Below, piece after piece: positions 1 to 9,109 of a DNA stretch of 33,922 nt (its first letter is position 1; every line of letters starts with the position of its first letter). A model generated the notes under the pieces. It saw only the letters and a list, made by a program, of their open reading frames with translations. It was not told where the DNA came from and did no database searches. Source of the stretch: an uncultured archaeon (lineage in GTDB: Archaea > Asgardarchaeota > Lokiarchaeia > Sigyniarchaeales > SOKP01); NCBI GenBank assembly GCA_964388035.1, contig CAYLZE010000050.1, forward strand, positions 1-33,922. The letters are read 5' to 3'. A program made the position numbers and the translations under genes.

Positions 1-172
1 TTAATTTATATATATTGTATTTGATTTGAATCATGATCGAAATTAATGATCCAAATTAAATAAAAAATAGTAGTGTGAGTTAAAAGATTAGATATCAAAA
101 TTATCATATTATTGTTATCATCTATTCATTTATGTTTGAAATATAAATTATTCATTAGGAAGTGAAATCAAG

Positions 173-1394
173 ATTAATAAAAATAATGGAACCGAGACTG
201 ATTTTAGCACAAAATATATCATCATCACCTCATATAATATAAGCGGAGTCGTAGAAAAAAGCGATATTGTGGGAGCTATATTCGGCCAAAGATTATAAAA
301 AAGAGCCTTATCGGCTTATCGGCTAAACAGAAGGCCTTCTTTTAGATCTAGACTTAAGAGATTTACAAAAGTCGGGTCGAATAGGGCGGATTGAAGTAAC
401 CTTAGAATCAAAGGAAGGTCAAACGGAAGGAATCATTAAGATTCCAAGTAGCCTCACAAGAAAAGAAACTGCGCTTCTCGCGGCAACAGTAGAAACGGTC
501 ACGCGTGTTGGTCCCTGTGAAGCAGAAATCAAATTAAGGGAAATAAAGGATGTTAGAGAGAGCAAGCGGAAAAAAATCATAAAGCGTGCAGCCGAATTAT
601 TAAAAGAATGGGATAATAAGTCTTTAGAATCAAGTGAAATTGAGGAAAAAATTGATAAGGACATTAATTTAGGAGAAATTATAGCTTGGGGTCCTGATAA
701 TTTACCAGCAGGACCTGATGTTGAGAATAGCGATGAACTTATTATTGTTGAAGGTCGTGCGGATGTACTGAATCTTTTAAGGATAGATGTTAAAAATACG
801 GTTGCCGTTCAAGGCACAAATGTTCCCAAATCTGTAATGGATTTGACCCGAAAAAAGAAATCTGTTATTGCTTTCGTGGATGGAGATAGAGGGGGCACTA
901 TAATTTTAAACGAGCTCCAGCAAGTGGCAAAATTAGATTATATAGCAAGAGCCCCCGAAGGATTTGAAGTTGAGGAACTTACCCGTAAACAATTAATAAA
1001 AGCTTTACAAAATAAAAGATCCATCAAAGGAGAAGTAATCGAGCAAGTCGAACCATCTGTACCCGTGCCTAATCCTAAAGATGATGCTTTAACAAAAATG
1101 TTAAACAAGGTAAAAATTAAGAACGGGAAAAATCTCATGGATACGGTTCATTCCATTCAAGCGGGTCAAGCAATTGGTTTCGATAAAGAGGGTCAGAAAT
1201 TATTTGAAATCCCTGTTTCAGAACTTTATGAAAAAATTGAAAATCATGCGGATTTACAGGGTTTAGTGATTAATGGCATTCTAAGCGAGAGATTGCTGGT
1301 TCTTTTAATGAAAATGAATGTTTCTTTTGTTTCTTGCCGCAATAAAGAAGAAGATTTAATGATTCCCAATAAACTTTCTGTCTATTTTTTCTAA
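173..1394 (+). CDS. dnaG: Archaeal DnaG (TOPRIM, exosome-associated), split by a 37-nt BHB intron; join(173..289,327..1394), ~394 aa; start uncertain
   Basis: Exon 1 reads ...STKYIIITSYNISGVVEKSDIVGAIFGQ and ends at 289. Exon 2 starts at 327 with TEGLLLDLDLRDLQKSGRIGRIEV and is open into the 837..1394 ORF, with TOPRIM motifs IVEGRADV and FVDGDRGG. No in-frame ATG upstream; ATT at 173 chosen because it follows SD-like GGAAGTGA. Confidence 0.9.
290..326 (+). other. Predicted BHB-type mRNA intron in dnaG (37 nt)
   Basis: Central helix GGCC(284-287)/GGCU(321-324); bulges AA|A (288-290) and AA|A (325-327); intron stem GAU/AUC; exon pairing UUC(281-283)/GAA(330-332). Removal restores GAIFGQ-TEGLL. 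Confidence 0.85.
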
Positions 1395-1414
1395 CTTATT
1401 TTTTTCCACTTTTT

Positions 1415-1837
1415 TTAAATTTTTTTACTATTATATTTCACGTTAATGGGAATTCCTCCAATGAGCGAATTCGTTACCACGCAAAATTCTTGGAACGTGG
1501 AAAGACAATGCTCTAATCTCTGTGAGTAAATTTCCTTTATTTCAACATGGATCTCAACATCAACTTCTTTTAAACGGAGTCGCATTTTTGGTCCTTGGTG
1601 TTTTATAATTCCCTCCACTATAAGGGATAAGTTATTTATTTCCACATTATTTTTTTGAAGACAATAAACGAAAGAGGAGCCCAAACATCCTCCAATACCA
1701 ATTAATATGTATTCTACCGAGCTAGGACCGAGATTTGTGCCATGAAAGGATTCTGGTTCATCCACGTGGATCTCCTTAAAATTCCTCACGGATGCAGTAA
1801 AATGGAGATGCTCAGAAAAATCTAAATAGATCTTCAT
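1415..1837 (-). CDS. OsmC/Ohr-family protein
   Basis: DEP..G...GP..E...GC motif and a second Cys in FCVV; 140 aa. Confidence 0.85.
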   Translation of the reverse strand: MKIYLDFSEHLHFTASVRNFKEIHVDEPESFHGTNLGPSSVEYILIGIGGCLGSSFVYCLQKNNVEINNLSLIVEGIIKHQGPKMRLRLKEVDVEIHVEIKEIYSQRLEHCLSTFQEFCVVTNSLIGGIPINVKYNSKKI

Positions 1838-1900
1838 TTCTATGAATGCTAAGCAGATTTAATTTAATTAGATGCATGCAATTATTTTATTGAGAATTTC

Positions 1901-2143
1901 TTATTTCCCAATCGGCAATGCCACGGAAAAAATGAGCTGGATAACGTAAGATAGAGCACCCAGTATGACGAGTCCAATCGCACAGATCTTAAATACCAAA
2001 AAGTATTCTTTTCTATTTGGTTTTTTTGCAACTTTAAGTACCCGTTTTGAACTTTTAAAAAAGTTTACGATTCGATCGTAATATCCTTCCTTTTTCTTGG
2101 CACCTTTCTTTAATTTATCATATTTCGGATATGACATGGTCAT
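1901..2143 (-). CDS. secE: Protein translocase SecE/Sec61-gamma
   Basis: RVLKVAKKPNRKEY followed by one TM helix (ICAIGLVILGALSYVI); lies downstream of ftsY; start at 2143 or 2137. Confidence 0.9.
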   Translation of the reverse strand: MTMSYPKYDKLKKGAKKKEGYYDRIVNFFKSSKRVLKVAKKPNRKEYFLVFKICAIGLVILGALSYVIQLIFSVALPIGK

Positions 2144-2199
2144 TAAATTTAAAAAATAGGTAGTAAAAGAAGTTAACGATAGGTAAAATTTAAAGTTCC

Positions 2200-3099
2200 T
2201 CATTCCATATCTAATATTTTTGAAACAAAAAGATCAGGATCAAATTTTTCTAAATTATCATATTTTTGACCCGTTCCAATAAAAATGATGGGTTTTTTTG
2301 TTTCTTGAGAAATGGAGAGGGCTGCTCCCCCTTTAGCATCTGCATCTAGTTTCGTCAATATATTAGCATCAATCCCTACATATTGATTAAATTCTTTTGC
2401 TTGATACAAGGCATCATTTCCAGCAAGGCTATCCCCCACGAAAATTTTCAAATCCGGCTGAGCCACGCTGCTAATTTTTTGGATTTCTCTCATCAAATTT
2501 TTATCGGTAACTTGGCGTCCGGCGGTATCTATCAATACCACATTTACATTTTTGGCTTTAGCATGCTCTATCGCGTCAAACGCAATGGAAGCGGGATCTG
2601 ATTTATATTGTTGCTTGATGATCCTCACGCCCACGTTATTCATGTGAAAACTTAACTGTTCTATAGCTCCAGCCCGAAACGTGTCAGATGCTGCAGCAAC
2701 AACCGAGAAGCCCTTCTCTTTCAGGAGATGAGCGATCTTCGCCATTGTAGTTGTTTTGCCAGTCCCATTTACTCCTAAGAAGAGCACCACGTACGGTTTC
2801 TTATTATCTCGACTTTTTTGAACTTCTTGAATTAAATCAATCTGCTTATCGGGAGTCAGAATTTCTTCTATGATATCTTTTAAAATATCGTATAGCATTC
2901 TTTTGGTCGACTTTAATCGCCCTACTTGTTCTCCTTTATATGCATCAACGATTCTATTACAAATATCTTCCGCAGTATCCATCGCTACATCATTACTTAA
3001 AAGGAGCAATTTTAAATCAGATAGAGAATTATCCAACGATTTTTCTGTTAAGGTCTTGTTAACAAATTTAGAAAAAACGTCTTTAAGTTTTTCTAACAT
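2200..3099 (-). CDS. ftsY: SRP receptor GTPase FtsY
   Basis: GVNGTGKTTT, DTFRAGA, DTAGR and TKLDADAKGG motifs. Confidence 0.97.
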   Translation of the reverse strand: MLEKLKDVFSKFVNKTLTEKSLDNSLSDLKLLLLSNDVAMDTAEDICNRIVDAYKGEQVGRLKSTKRMLYDILKDIIEEILTPDKQIDLIQEVQKSRDNKKPYVVLFLGVNGTGKTTTMAKIAHLLKEKGFSVVAAASDTFRAGAIEQLSFHMNNVGVRIIKQQYKSDPASIAFDAIEHAKAKNVNVVLIDTAGRQVTDKNLMREIQKISSVAQPDLKIFVGDSLAGNDALYQAKEFNQYVGIDANILTKLDADAKGGAALSISQETKKPIIFIGTGQKYDNLEKFDPDLFVSKILDME

Positions 3100-3129
3100 G
3101 ATTTTAAGGAGTTTTTTATGATCTAAGTT

Positions 3130-3576
3130 CTAAGGTTGCATTTGTTGAAGGAGATTTTGTAGATTTTGAGTAAGGTTCTGTAAATCTAGCTCTGCTTGTT
3201 GGAATTGCTCGTTAAATTTCTTTGCTTGTTCTTCTTGTTGCTGGATTGAGTTTTCCAGAAATGCAATTGCATCATCCAGTTTCTTTTCCATTACTACATC
3301 TTCAGAAATTCGAACCAGTACTTTTTCAACATCTTTGATTTGGGCTTTAATATTTATTAAAGGACCTACCGGTACCAAGATCTCATCATTCACGTTAATC
3401 GTTTTTAAATTTTCGAGGGTACTTTTCATGAATTGAAAAGTAGTAAGAGAAGTTTCAAATATTTGTAATTGCTCTTCCAATTGATCTCGATAGGCTTTTA
3501 ATTGTGAATAATTATATTGCTGCTGTATTAGAACTTGTCGCAAATCCATGTTATAATTATTTTCCATTTTTTCCAC
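3130..3576 (-). CDS. pfdA: Prefoldin alpha subunit
   Basis: Coiled coils flanking EILVPVG...KVLVRI; conserved position upstream of ftsY. Confidence 0.9.
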   Translation of the reverse strand: MEKMENNYNMDLRQVLIQQQYNYSQLKAYRDQLEEQLQIFETSLTTFQFMKSTLENLKTINVNDEILVPVGPLINIKAQIKDVEKVLVRISEDVVMEKKLDDAIAFLENSIQQQEEQAKKFNEQFQQAELDLQNLTQNLQNLLQQMQP

Positions 3577-3588
3577 ACAAATATAGTT

Positions 3589-3819
3589 TTATAGGGAAGA
3601 TAACTCGCGAATGAGATAATCTTCTGCTAATTCTGGCTTTATTTCTTCTACTTTTTCAATTTTTAATTGTCTTCTAAGAATTCCAATACTAGTGATTTGG
3701 CAGAGAACTTTTTCAATCGCATTTTCTTCTTTTAAAGCCCTTACTTCTTTACGAAACAAGTATTTTTTCCGATTCTTTACGTAGGTTCCAGTAACTCGAA
3801 ATATTTTTATTTCCGACAT
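3589..3819 (-). CDS. rplX: 50S ribosomal protein LX (eL20/L18Ae)
   Basis: KIFRVTG...FRKEVRALKEENAIEKV; lies between eIF6 and pfdA. Confidence 0.88.
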   Translation of the reverse strand: MSEIKIFRVTGTYVKNRKKYLFRKEVRALKEENAIEKVLCQITSIGILRRQLKIEKVEEIKPELAEDYLIRELSSL

Positions 3820-3964
3820 GGGTTCAAAAAAATGTTAAACTGATGGTTAATAAGTGTTCTAAAAATATAAATTTAGAAGAATAAAATTATGTTCAAGATA
3901 ATGTTTAAAAAATATTAAGTTTTTCCTTTTTAATTAAATAATGCAGCATGGGAAGTAAGGTCCA

Positions 3965-4633
3965 TTAAATTTGTAATACGCTGGTAAGTCTCATGAGTTC
4001 GGGACCAGTACTGTTTGCACCAAAGATTCCATTCTCATCATTGACAATTGCACCTGATCTAAGGAAAGGAATGCCCCGATTAATAGTAGAAACGTCCGTC
4101 TCTACCACCTTTAGAATGGATTTAACATGTTCAATTTCATCGTCATTCGATAATGGATGCACTAGACAACCTTTATTGTTTGCAATCGATATGGATCCCG
4201 GTAAAAAATATCCCGCAAATTCGTAAACTTGCGTTTCCACATTTAATATGTCCGCGATTTCATGTTGATAACTGCGCAGGAGAGAACTAATGATGGCTCC
4301 TTTATCATTACACGCAATCAAATTTCCAAAGGTATTATCTTTAGATTTTATTATACCGATTTGATAAGAGTCTCCTAGATTGGTCTTTAATTTACTTAAT
4401 TCATCATCTCGAATAATATTGGGAACGATAATTCCATTCTTATTGGATACGCTATACACTCCGAGTAAATGAGAATTATTAATGGATTGGGGATAAAAGG
4501 GGATCTTGAAAACCCTCCTAAATTCATCTAATTTGGGCTTAAGTAAATTGGGGGGATATAATACAAAGGAGTTATTTGCTACAAAATATATTCCTATTAA
4601 AGAACGTCCGTACACTTGGGATTTTAGAATCAT
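3965..4633 (-). CDS. eif6: Translation initiation factor 6 (aIF6)
   Basis: ANNKGCLVHP, TINRG, TGPELMRL motifs; operon context. Confidence 0.93.
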   Translation of the reverse strand: MILKSQVYGRSLIGIYFVANNSFVLYPPNLLKPKLDEFRRVFKIPFYPQSINNSHLLGVYSVSNKNGIIVPNIIRDDELSKLKTNLGDSYQIGIIKSKDNTFGNLIACNDKGAIISSLLRSYQHEIADILNVETQVYEFAGYFLPGSISIANNKGCLVHPLSNDDEIEHVKSILKVVETDVSTINRGIPFLRSGAIVNDENGIFGANSTGPELMRLTSVLQI

Positions 4634-4678
4634 AAAAAGTTATACCCGTGCCTGCTGAATATGAGAAGTTTATATTTT

Positions 4679-5140
4679 TTAAGCGAGATAGACCACTACC
4701 AGCCCATCAACATTTTTGGTGGCTCTTACTTTTAACTTTCTTGGAGGTTTATGTATCCCACGTTCCCAGATTTTTTCGTTAACTTCTTGAGAGATAACGA
4801 TTGATTCTGGTTTAAAATGCCTTGTCATGTAATCTCGTAAATATCTAATGGATTTCTTGGCCCATTTATTTCGAGGACCTCTTCTTGCTTTCGCGAGAGG
4901 GATAGTATAAATTCGCTCATCTATTATTTCTACTTCCGGAGCTTCTTCAATTTCCTCTTCTTCTTCCACCTCTTCTTCTAGCAGTTCTTCGATTTCTTCT
5001 TCTTCGGTAATTTCATCTAAACTGAACTCCTCGATTTCCTCAATTTTCTCTTCTTTTTCTTCTTTTTCCTCCTTCTCGTCTCCTTCAGCCAATTCTTCTT
5101 CTAAATCATCTAAACTTATTTCTCGCTTTTTTTTTGCCAT
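4679..5140 (-). CDS. rpl31e: 50S ribosomal protein L31e with long acidic N-terminal extension
   Basis: ERIYTIPL...VNEKIWERGIHKPPRKLKVR; GGAG upstream supports the 5140 start. Confidence 0.93.
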   Translation of the reverse strand: MAKKKREISLDDLEEELAEGDEKEEKEEKEEKIEEIEEFSLDEITEEEEIEELLEEEVEEEEEIEEAPEVEIIDERIYTIPLAKARRGPRNKWAKKSIRYLRDYMTRHFKPESIVISQEVNEKIWERGIHKPPRKLKVRATKNVDGLVVVYLA

Positions 5141-5169
5141 ATTCTCTCCTTCCATTAATTATAAGTGAA

Positions 5170-5331
5170 TTAATCCTTCTTTAAACGAGTATTTCTCCAT
5201 CCTCTCCGGGTATAGGGGCTATCTCTTACTTTACCGTTTGTTTTTAAAATTACCCAACGAGGTATCGAGCCACTTTCCTTCAACTTTTTAGCTCTCCTTA
5301 GCTTGGATGGAAGATCTTTATTTCGTGCCAT
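5170..5331 (-). CDS. rpl39e: 50S ribosomal protein L39e (53 aa, absent from ORF track)
   Basis: Manual translation MARNKDLPSKLRRAKKLKESGSIPRWVILKTNGKVRDSPYTRRGWRNTRLKKD; immediately upstream of L31e. Confidence 0.93.
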   Translation of the reverse strand: MARNKDLPSKLRRAKKLKESGSIPRWVILKTNGKVRDSPYTRRGWRNTRLKKD

Positions 5332-5353
5332 TTTATTAAGTATTCTGTTATTT

Positions 5354-5698
5354 TTAAAATCGTTTAATATTAAAATCTTTTTTCTTGTTAGATTGAGCTA
5401 TTTGTTCTAATAAGTTTTTAAAAGCTTCATCTGGTAATGGAGTCTTTCCGCGTAATCGTCCTGCTCTATACAATTGAATTAATTGCAATTCAATTTGTTC
5501 AGCAAATTCCGCTTTAACCATCCTGATATTTTCTAACCGTTGACGTGCTTCAGAACTGAGAATGATTCTCATTATCTGGTATTTTTGATCTTCGTAGGAT
5601 TTTCTTTGCTGATCGGCAATTTGTTGCTGCATGGCTTGTTGTTTAATTTGTTCGAGTTTTCTCCTTCTGATTTCTTCTAAATCCTCTTCTTCACTCAA
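5354..5698 (-). CDS. PDCD5-like dsDNA-binding protein
   Basis: DLEEIRRRKLEQ...ILSSEARQRLENIRMVK..FAEQIELQLIQL; TTG start after GGAGTGA. Confidence 0.92.
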   Translation of the reverse strand: MSEEEDLEEIRRRKLEQIKQQAMQQQIADQQRKSYEDQKYQIMRIILSSEARQRLENIRMVKAEFAEQIELQLIQLYRAGRLRGKTPLPDEAFKNLLEQIAQSNKKKDFNIKRF

Positions 5699-5731
5699 TT
5701 TTATTCACTCCAACAAGCTATTTTATTAGAA

Positions 5732-6163
5732 TCATGTCTTTTTATTTCTTATAATTGAATATGCCGTTCGTTCCAACAAACTTATTCCTTCAGGAGAAAC
5801 TACCCGCCCTTCTTTTTCCACTGTAGCGATTAATTTCGCAGCTTCAAGTTGTTGTAAAGCAACTCTTATTATTTTTCCAGAACCACGGATACTATGACGC
5901 ATTCCCTGCCTGTTATTCGAACGACCGGAATAATGCTTTCGTAATTTATTTATCCCTATGGGGCCGTATTTTTTTACTTTTCTTAATAGCGACGCACAAC
6001 GCACATACCAAAAGTTCTCCGAATCTGCAGGCGCTAATTCTTTATAGCTGGCTGTTTTCCAAAACTCGCTCCCTTGGGGGGGATATATAATATCGGAAAA
6101 TTCTTTTAATTTCTCAGCTAATGTAGTAATAAGTTCTAATGATTCTACTCTGTATATCGACAT
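5732..6163 (-). CDS. rps19e: 30S ribosomal protein S19e
   Basis: KELAP...WYVRCASLLRK...GSGKIIRVALQQLE. Confidence 0.95.
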   Translation of the reverse strand: MSIYRVESLELITTLAEKLKEFSDIIYPPQGSEFWKTASYKELAPADSENFWYVRCASLLRKVKKYGPIGINKLRKHYSGRSNNRQGMRHSIRGSGKIIRVALQQLEAAKLIATVEKEGRVVSPEGISLLERTAYSIIRNKKT

Positions 6164-6239
6164 TCATCTAACACTTTAGTAAATAAACTTATTTAGAAAG
6201 AAAAATATCCCATTTAATAATAATTTTTTGATAGACAAC

Positions 6240-6494
6240 ATGAGTTCTCAAGAAGACTTAAAAAAGATTTTACTCTCGAAGCCTCACGCTATTCTCGGTA
6301 AAAAAGTCATCACGGAGGAATTTATCGCTCATTTAAATAAATTGTTGAAAAGATATAAACTCATAAAAATTAAAGCACTTAAAAGTGCTATTCATAATAA
6401 TACAATAGAAAGCATAGCAAATGAGTTATCAGAACGTACTCAATCACGATTAGTCGATCTCCGGGGAAGAACTTTTATTCTTTCTATTAAGTAA
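6240..6494 (+). CDS. YhbY/CRM-domain RNA-binding protein
   Basis: ILGKKVIT...LIKIKAL...VDLRGRTFIL. Confidence 0.8.
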   Translation: MSSQEDLKKILLSKPHAILGKKVITEEFIAHLNKLLKRYKLIKIKALKSAIHNNTIESIANELSERTQSRLVDLRGRTFILSIK

Positions 6495-6531
6495 TTGAAT
6501 GAAAAATTGTTTTATTTTTGAAAACGTTCCC

Positions 6532-6855
6532 ATGGTAAAGAACAAAGCTATAATAAAGAAGATCGCAACTTACCGCATGAATTATTTATTTCAAAGAGCC
6601 CATGATGTTTTTCCCGAAAATAAACAGCTAGCCAATAGATATGTTCAGTTAGCCAGAAAATATGCACAGAGAGCTAAAATTCCGGTACCAAGGGAATGGA
6701 GCCGACGGATCTGCAGTAAATGCAAGCAATTTTTATATCCTGGCGTTAATTGCCGGTATCGAGTACAATCTCGTCGCGGAAAAGGATCTCATGTCTCTCT
6801 AACTTGCTTGGAATGTTTAAAAGTTAAAAGATACTACATAAAAACTTCAAAATAA
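6532..6855 (+). CDS. rnp4: RNase P protein component 4 (Rpp21/Rpr2)
   Basis: IA..RM..LF...LANRYV.LA; zinc ribbon CSKC...CLEC. Confidence 0.92.
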   Translation: MVKNKAIIKKIATYRMNYLFQRAHDVFPENKQLANRYVQLARKYAQRAKIPVPREWSRRICSKCKQFLYPGVNCRYRVQSRRGKGSHVSLTCLECLKVKRYYIKTSK

Positions 6856-6894
6856 TGTTAAAATCTTCCCATTTATCAATAAAAGGATAAATCC

Positions 6895-7569
6895 ATGCCA
6901 TTAATCTTAATTTTAGCTGAATGCGGAATAGAAATAATTCCCAAACGTTTAAGGACCAATTTCAATGTAAAGAAACAAATTAGATCACGAAATTATTCCT
7001 CCCAACTATTAGATAATGCACTTCATCACTCTAGCATGGAAAATTTAAAAAAACAGGAAAAAAGAGGACGCCCGGACATCCTTCATGTTTGCTTACTCAA
7101 TGCGCTAGGTTCGCCTTTAAATAAAGCAGGGAACTTAAAAATTATCGTTCATACGATTAAAAATAAAATCTTTGAATTTAACCCCGAAATCCGAATTGCT
7201 CGCAACTATAATAGATTCAAGGGATTAATGGCAAAACTATTGATTGATGGCAAGATAGGAATTGCGGAAAATTATTTAATCTCACCGATTGAAGGGTCCT
7301 TGAAACAATTCATTACTACCATAAAAGAACCGGAAATAATTTTGTTTTCGAAAAGTGGTAAATTAATTTCTAACATGAACGAGTTATTTTCAACTGATTC
7401 TGATACAAATTATGTGAGTATTATTGGTGGATTCCAAAAAAGCTCTTTTTCTCCCCAGATTAAGTCTCTAACTAATAATCTAATAAGCATCTCCAATTAT
7501 TCCCTGGATGCGTCGTCCGTGGTTTCTAAAGTTATCACCATTTATGAATTAATACATGACATTTATTAA
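6895..7569 (+). CDS. nep1: 16S rRNA pseudouridine N1-methyltransferase Nep1/Emg1
   Basis: LLDNALH, RGRPDILH, SPLNKAG, RNYNRFKGLM motifs. Confidence 0.93.
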   Translation: MPLILILAECGIEIIPKRLRTNFNVKKQIRSRNYSSQLLDNALHHSSMENLKKQEKRGRPDILHVCLLNALGSPLNKAGNLKIIVHTIKNKIFEFNPEIRIARNYNRFKGLMAKLLIDGKIGIAENYLISPIEGSLKQFITTIKEPEIILFSKSGKLISNMNELFSTDSDTNYVSIIGGFQKSSFSPQIKSLTNNLISISNYSLDASSVVSKVITIYELIHDIY

Positions 7570-7730
7570 TTAATCAAATGATTCTTTCCTTCCTTAAAGT
7601 TAAAATGAGATGATGTTTTTTAAATCATATATTTGTGAAGTGAGTATGGATTATAACTTTTGATTCATATTTGACTCATATCTGATTCAAAAAAGCGCTC
7701 GTAGTCTAGTGGTAGGATTGTGGCCTTCCA

Positions 7731-7758
7731 TGGAAATCTTTTACGGGTTTCTGAAGAA
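7731..7758 (+). other. tRNA-Gly intron 1 (28 nt, canonical 37/38)
   Basis: BHB: helix CUUC/GAAG, bulges CA|U and AA|A, intron stem GGAAAUC/GGUUUCU. Confidence 0.92.
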
Positions 7759-7779
7759 AGCCATCGACCCGGGTTCGAA

Positions 7780-7808
7780 TTTGAGCTCATTACGAGACTT
7801 GACGAGAT
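7780..7808 (+). other. tRNA-Gly intron 2 (29 nt, T-loop 59/60)
   Basis: BHB: helix UUCG/CGAG, bulges AA|U and AU|U, intron stem UUGAG/CUUGA. Confidence 0.88.
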
Positions 7809-7946
7809 TCCCGGCGGGCGCATCTAATCCTTTATTATATTATATACTATTTTAATTCCTTTAGAAAGTAATTTTATGGAAGACTTTTTTACTTATTTTA
7901 ATTATCGTTTTAAATGCAAGCATGATTTTGAGATAATCCGACTACC

Positions 7947-9083
7947 ATGGTCAATTACATCACCCGCGAATTCAAAACAGCCCTTAATAAACTAAAGTAT
8001 CCAGATTCTTGGTTTTGGGTAAGATATACCATTAATCCTTATTCGGGATGTGAACATGCGTGCATATATTGTGATGCCAGAAGTCAGCGGTATTATTTAG
8101 AGCAAGACTTCGAGCATGAAGTAGTTTTAAAGAAAAATATGGATAAAAATTTAGATTTGAAACTCAGAAACGCTCGTTCTTTGTTACCGGATGTAATTGG
8201 TGCGGGAGGTGTAAACGATGCCTATCAACCCATAGAACGAGAAGCGGAAAATACGCGTAAAATACTTGAAGTAATCGCGAATCACAAGTATCCCGTTAAT
8301 ATTGCAACGAAATCTAAGTTAATCTTGCGAGATTTAGACCTGTTGGAGAAAATTGCTAAGAAAACCTGGTGTGCGATAGGTTTTTCCATAACTACGACGA
8401 ATGAAGAATTGGCGAAGTTTTTGGAACCGCATTCAAGTTCTTCCATGGAACGGTTTCACGCAATTAAAGAGATAAAGCAAAGAGTTCCAAATATTCAAGC
8501 AGGTACTTACTTCATGCCTATTATTCCATTTTTAGAAGATGATGATGAAAATTTGGAAAATGTAATGAGAGAATCCAAAGAAGCAGGAGCCGACTTTGTT
8601 TTATTTTCACCTGGTTTAACCTTGCGGGATTCCCAAGCAGATTTTTTTATAAATAAATTAAAGGAAAGCAAATATCGAGACGTTATCAAACCACTATTAG
8701 AGTTATTCAAAGGAAACACGTATCCTTCCCTGAATTATATTATTAAAATTCATACTAAGCTCTGGAAGTTGAGTGAAAAGTATCAAGTCCCCGTAAGAAT
8801 AAAAAGGTGGATTCCCAAGGATTTTCGTAAATGGAATTACAAGATAGCAGAACTCTTATTGAACACGGAATATATCGCTTCCCTTAAAGGTAATCCGAAT
8901 AATACCATGAAATGGGCGGGATTAAATCTCAATAATTTAAAAGAATCGATAATAGACGTGTACAAGAGGGATGAATTATCCAAATTACCCAATTTTAATA
9001 AAAAAATTATCTCTTTTATTCAGCCATATTTAGATAAGAGTAAAGAATTACATGAAAAAAAGGGGATAGAACGATTTCTGTAA
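7947..9083 (+). CDS. Radical SAM protein (SPL/Rv2578c-like, possibly DNA repair)
   Basis: INPYSGCEHACIYC (CxxxCxxC), DAYQPIE, TKS motifs. Confidence 0.85.
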   Translation: MVNYITREFKTALNKLKYPDSWFWVRYTINPYSGCEHACIYCDARSQRYYLEQDFEHEVVLKKNMDKNLDLKLRNARSLLPDVIGAGGVNDAYQPIEREAENTRKILEVIANHKYPVNIATKSKLILRDLDLLEKIAKKTWCAIGFSITTTNEELAKFLEPHSSSSMERFHAIKEIKQRVPNIQAGTYFMPIIPFLEDDDENLENVMRESKEAGADFVLFSPGLTLRDSQADFFINKLKESKYRDVIKPLLELFKGNTYPSLNYIIKIHTKLWKLSEKYQVPVRIKRWIPKDFRKWNYKIAELLLNTEYIASLKGNPNNTMKWAGLNLNNLKESIIDVYKRDELSKLPNFNKKIISFIQPYLDKSKELHEKKGIERFL

Positions 9084-9109
9084 ATAACTCCAAAAGTATT
9101 ATTGAAACC

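Larger units (their letters stand above)
7695..7822 (+). tRNA. tRNA-Gly(TCC) with two introns (37/38 and 59/60); exons 7695-7730, 7759-7779, 7809-7822
   Basis: Acceptor GCGCTCG/CGGGCGC + discriminator A; anticodon stem GTGGC/GCCAT with loop CT-TCC-A|A; T arm CCGGG TTCGAA|T CCCGG. Confidence 0.93.

Noticed and set aside
282-327. dnaG insertion as a transposon footprint (TCGGCCAAA / TCGGCTAAA near-direct repeat)
   Set aside because: The repeat follows from a palindromic GGCC helix plus AAA bulges. The iolM insertion has no comparable duplication and no transposase or terminal inverted repeats are present. Not fully excluded as an origin.
2200-7569. Hidden in-frame introns in the translation/secretion cluster
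   Set aside because: By eye FtsY, aIF6, S19e, Rpp21 and Nep1 show no ~10-residue insertions; a formal alignment is needed to exclude them.
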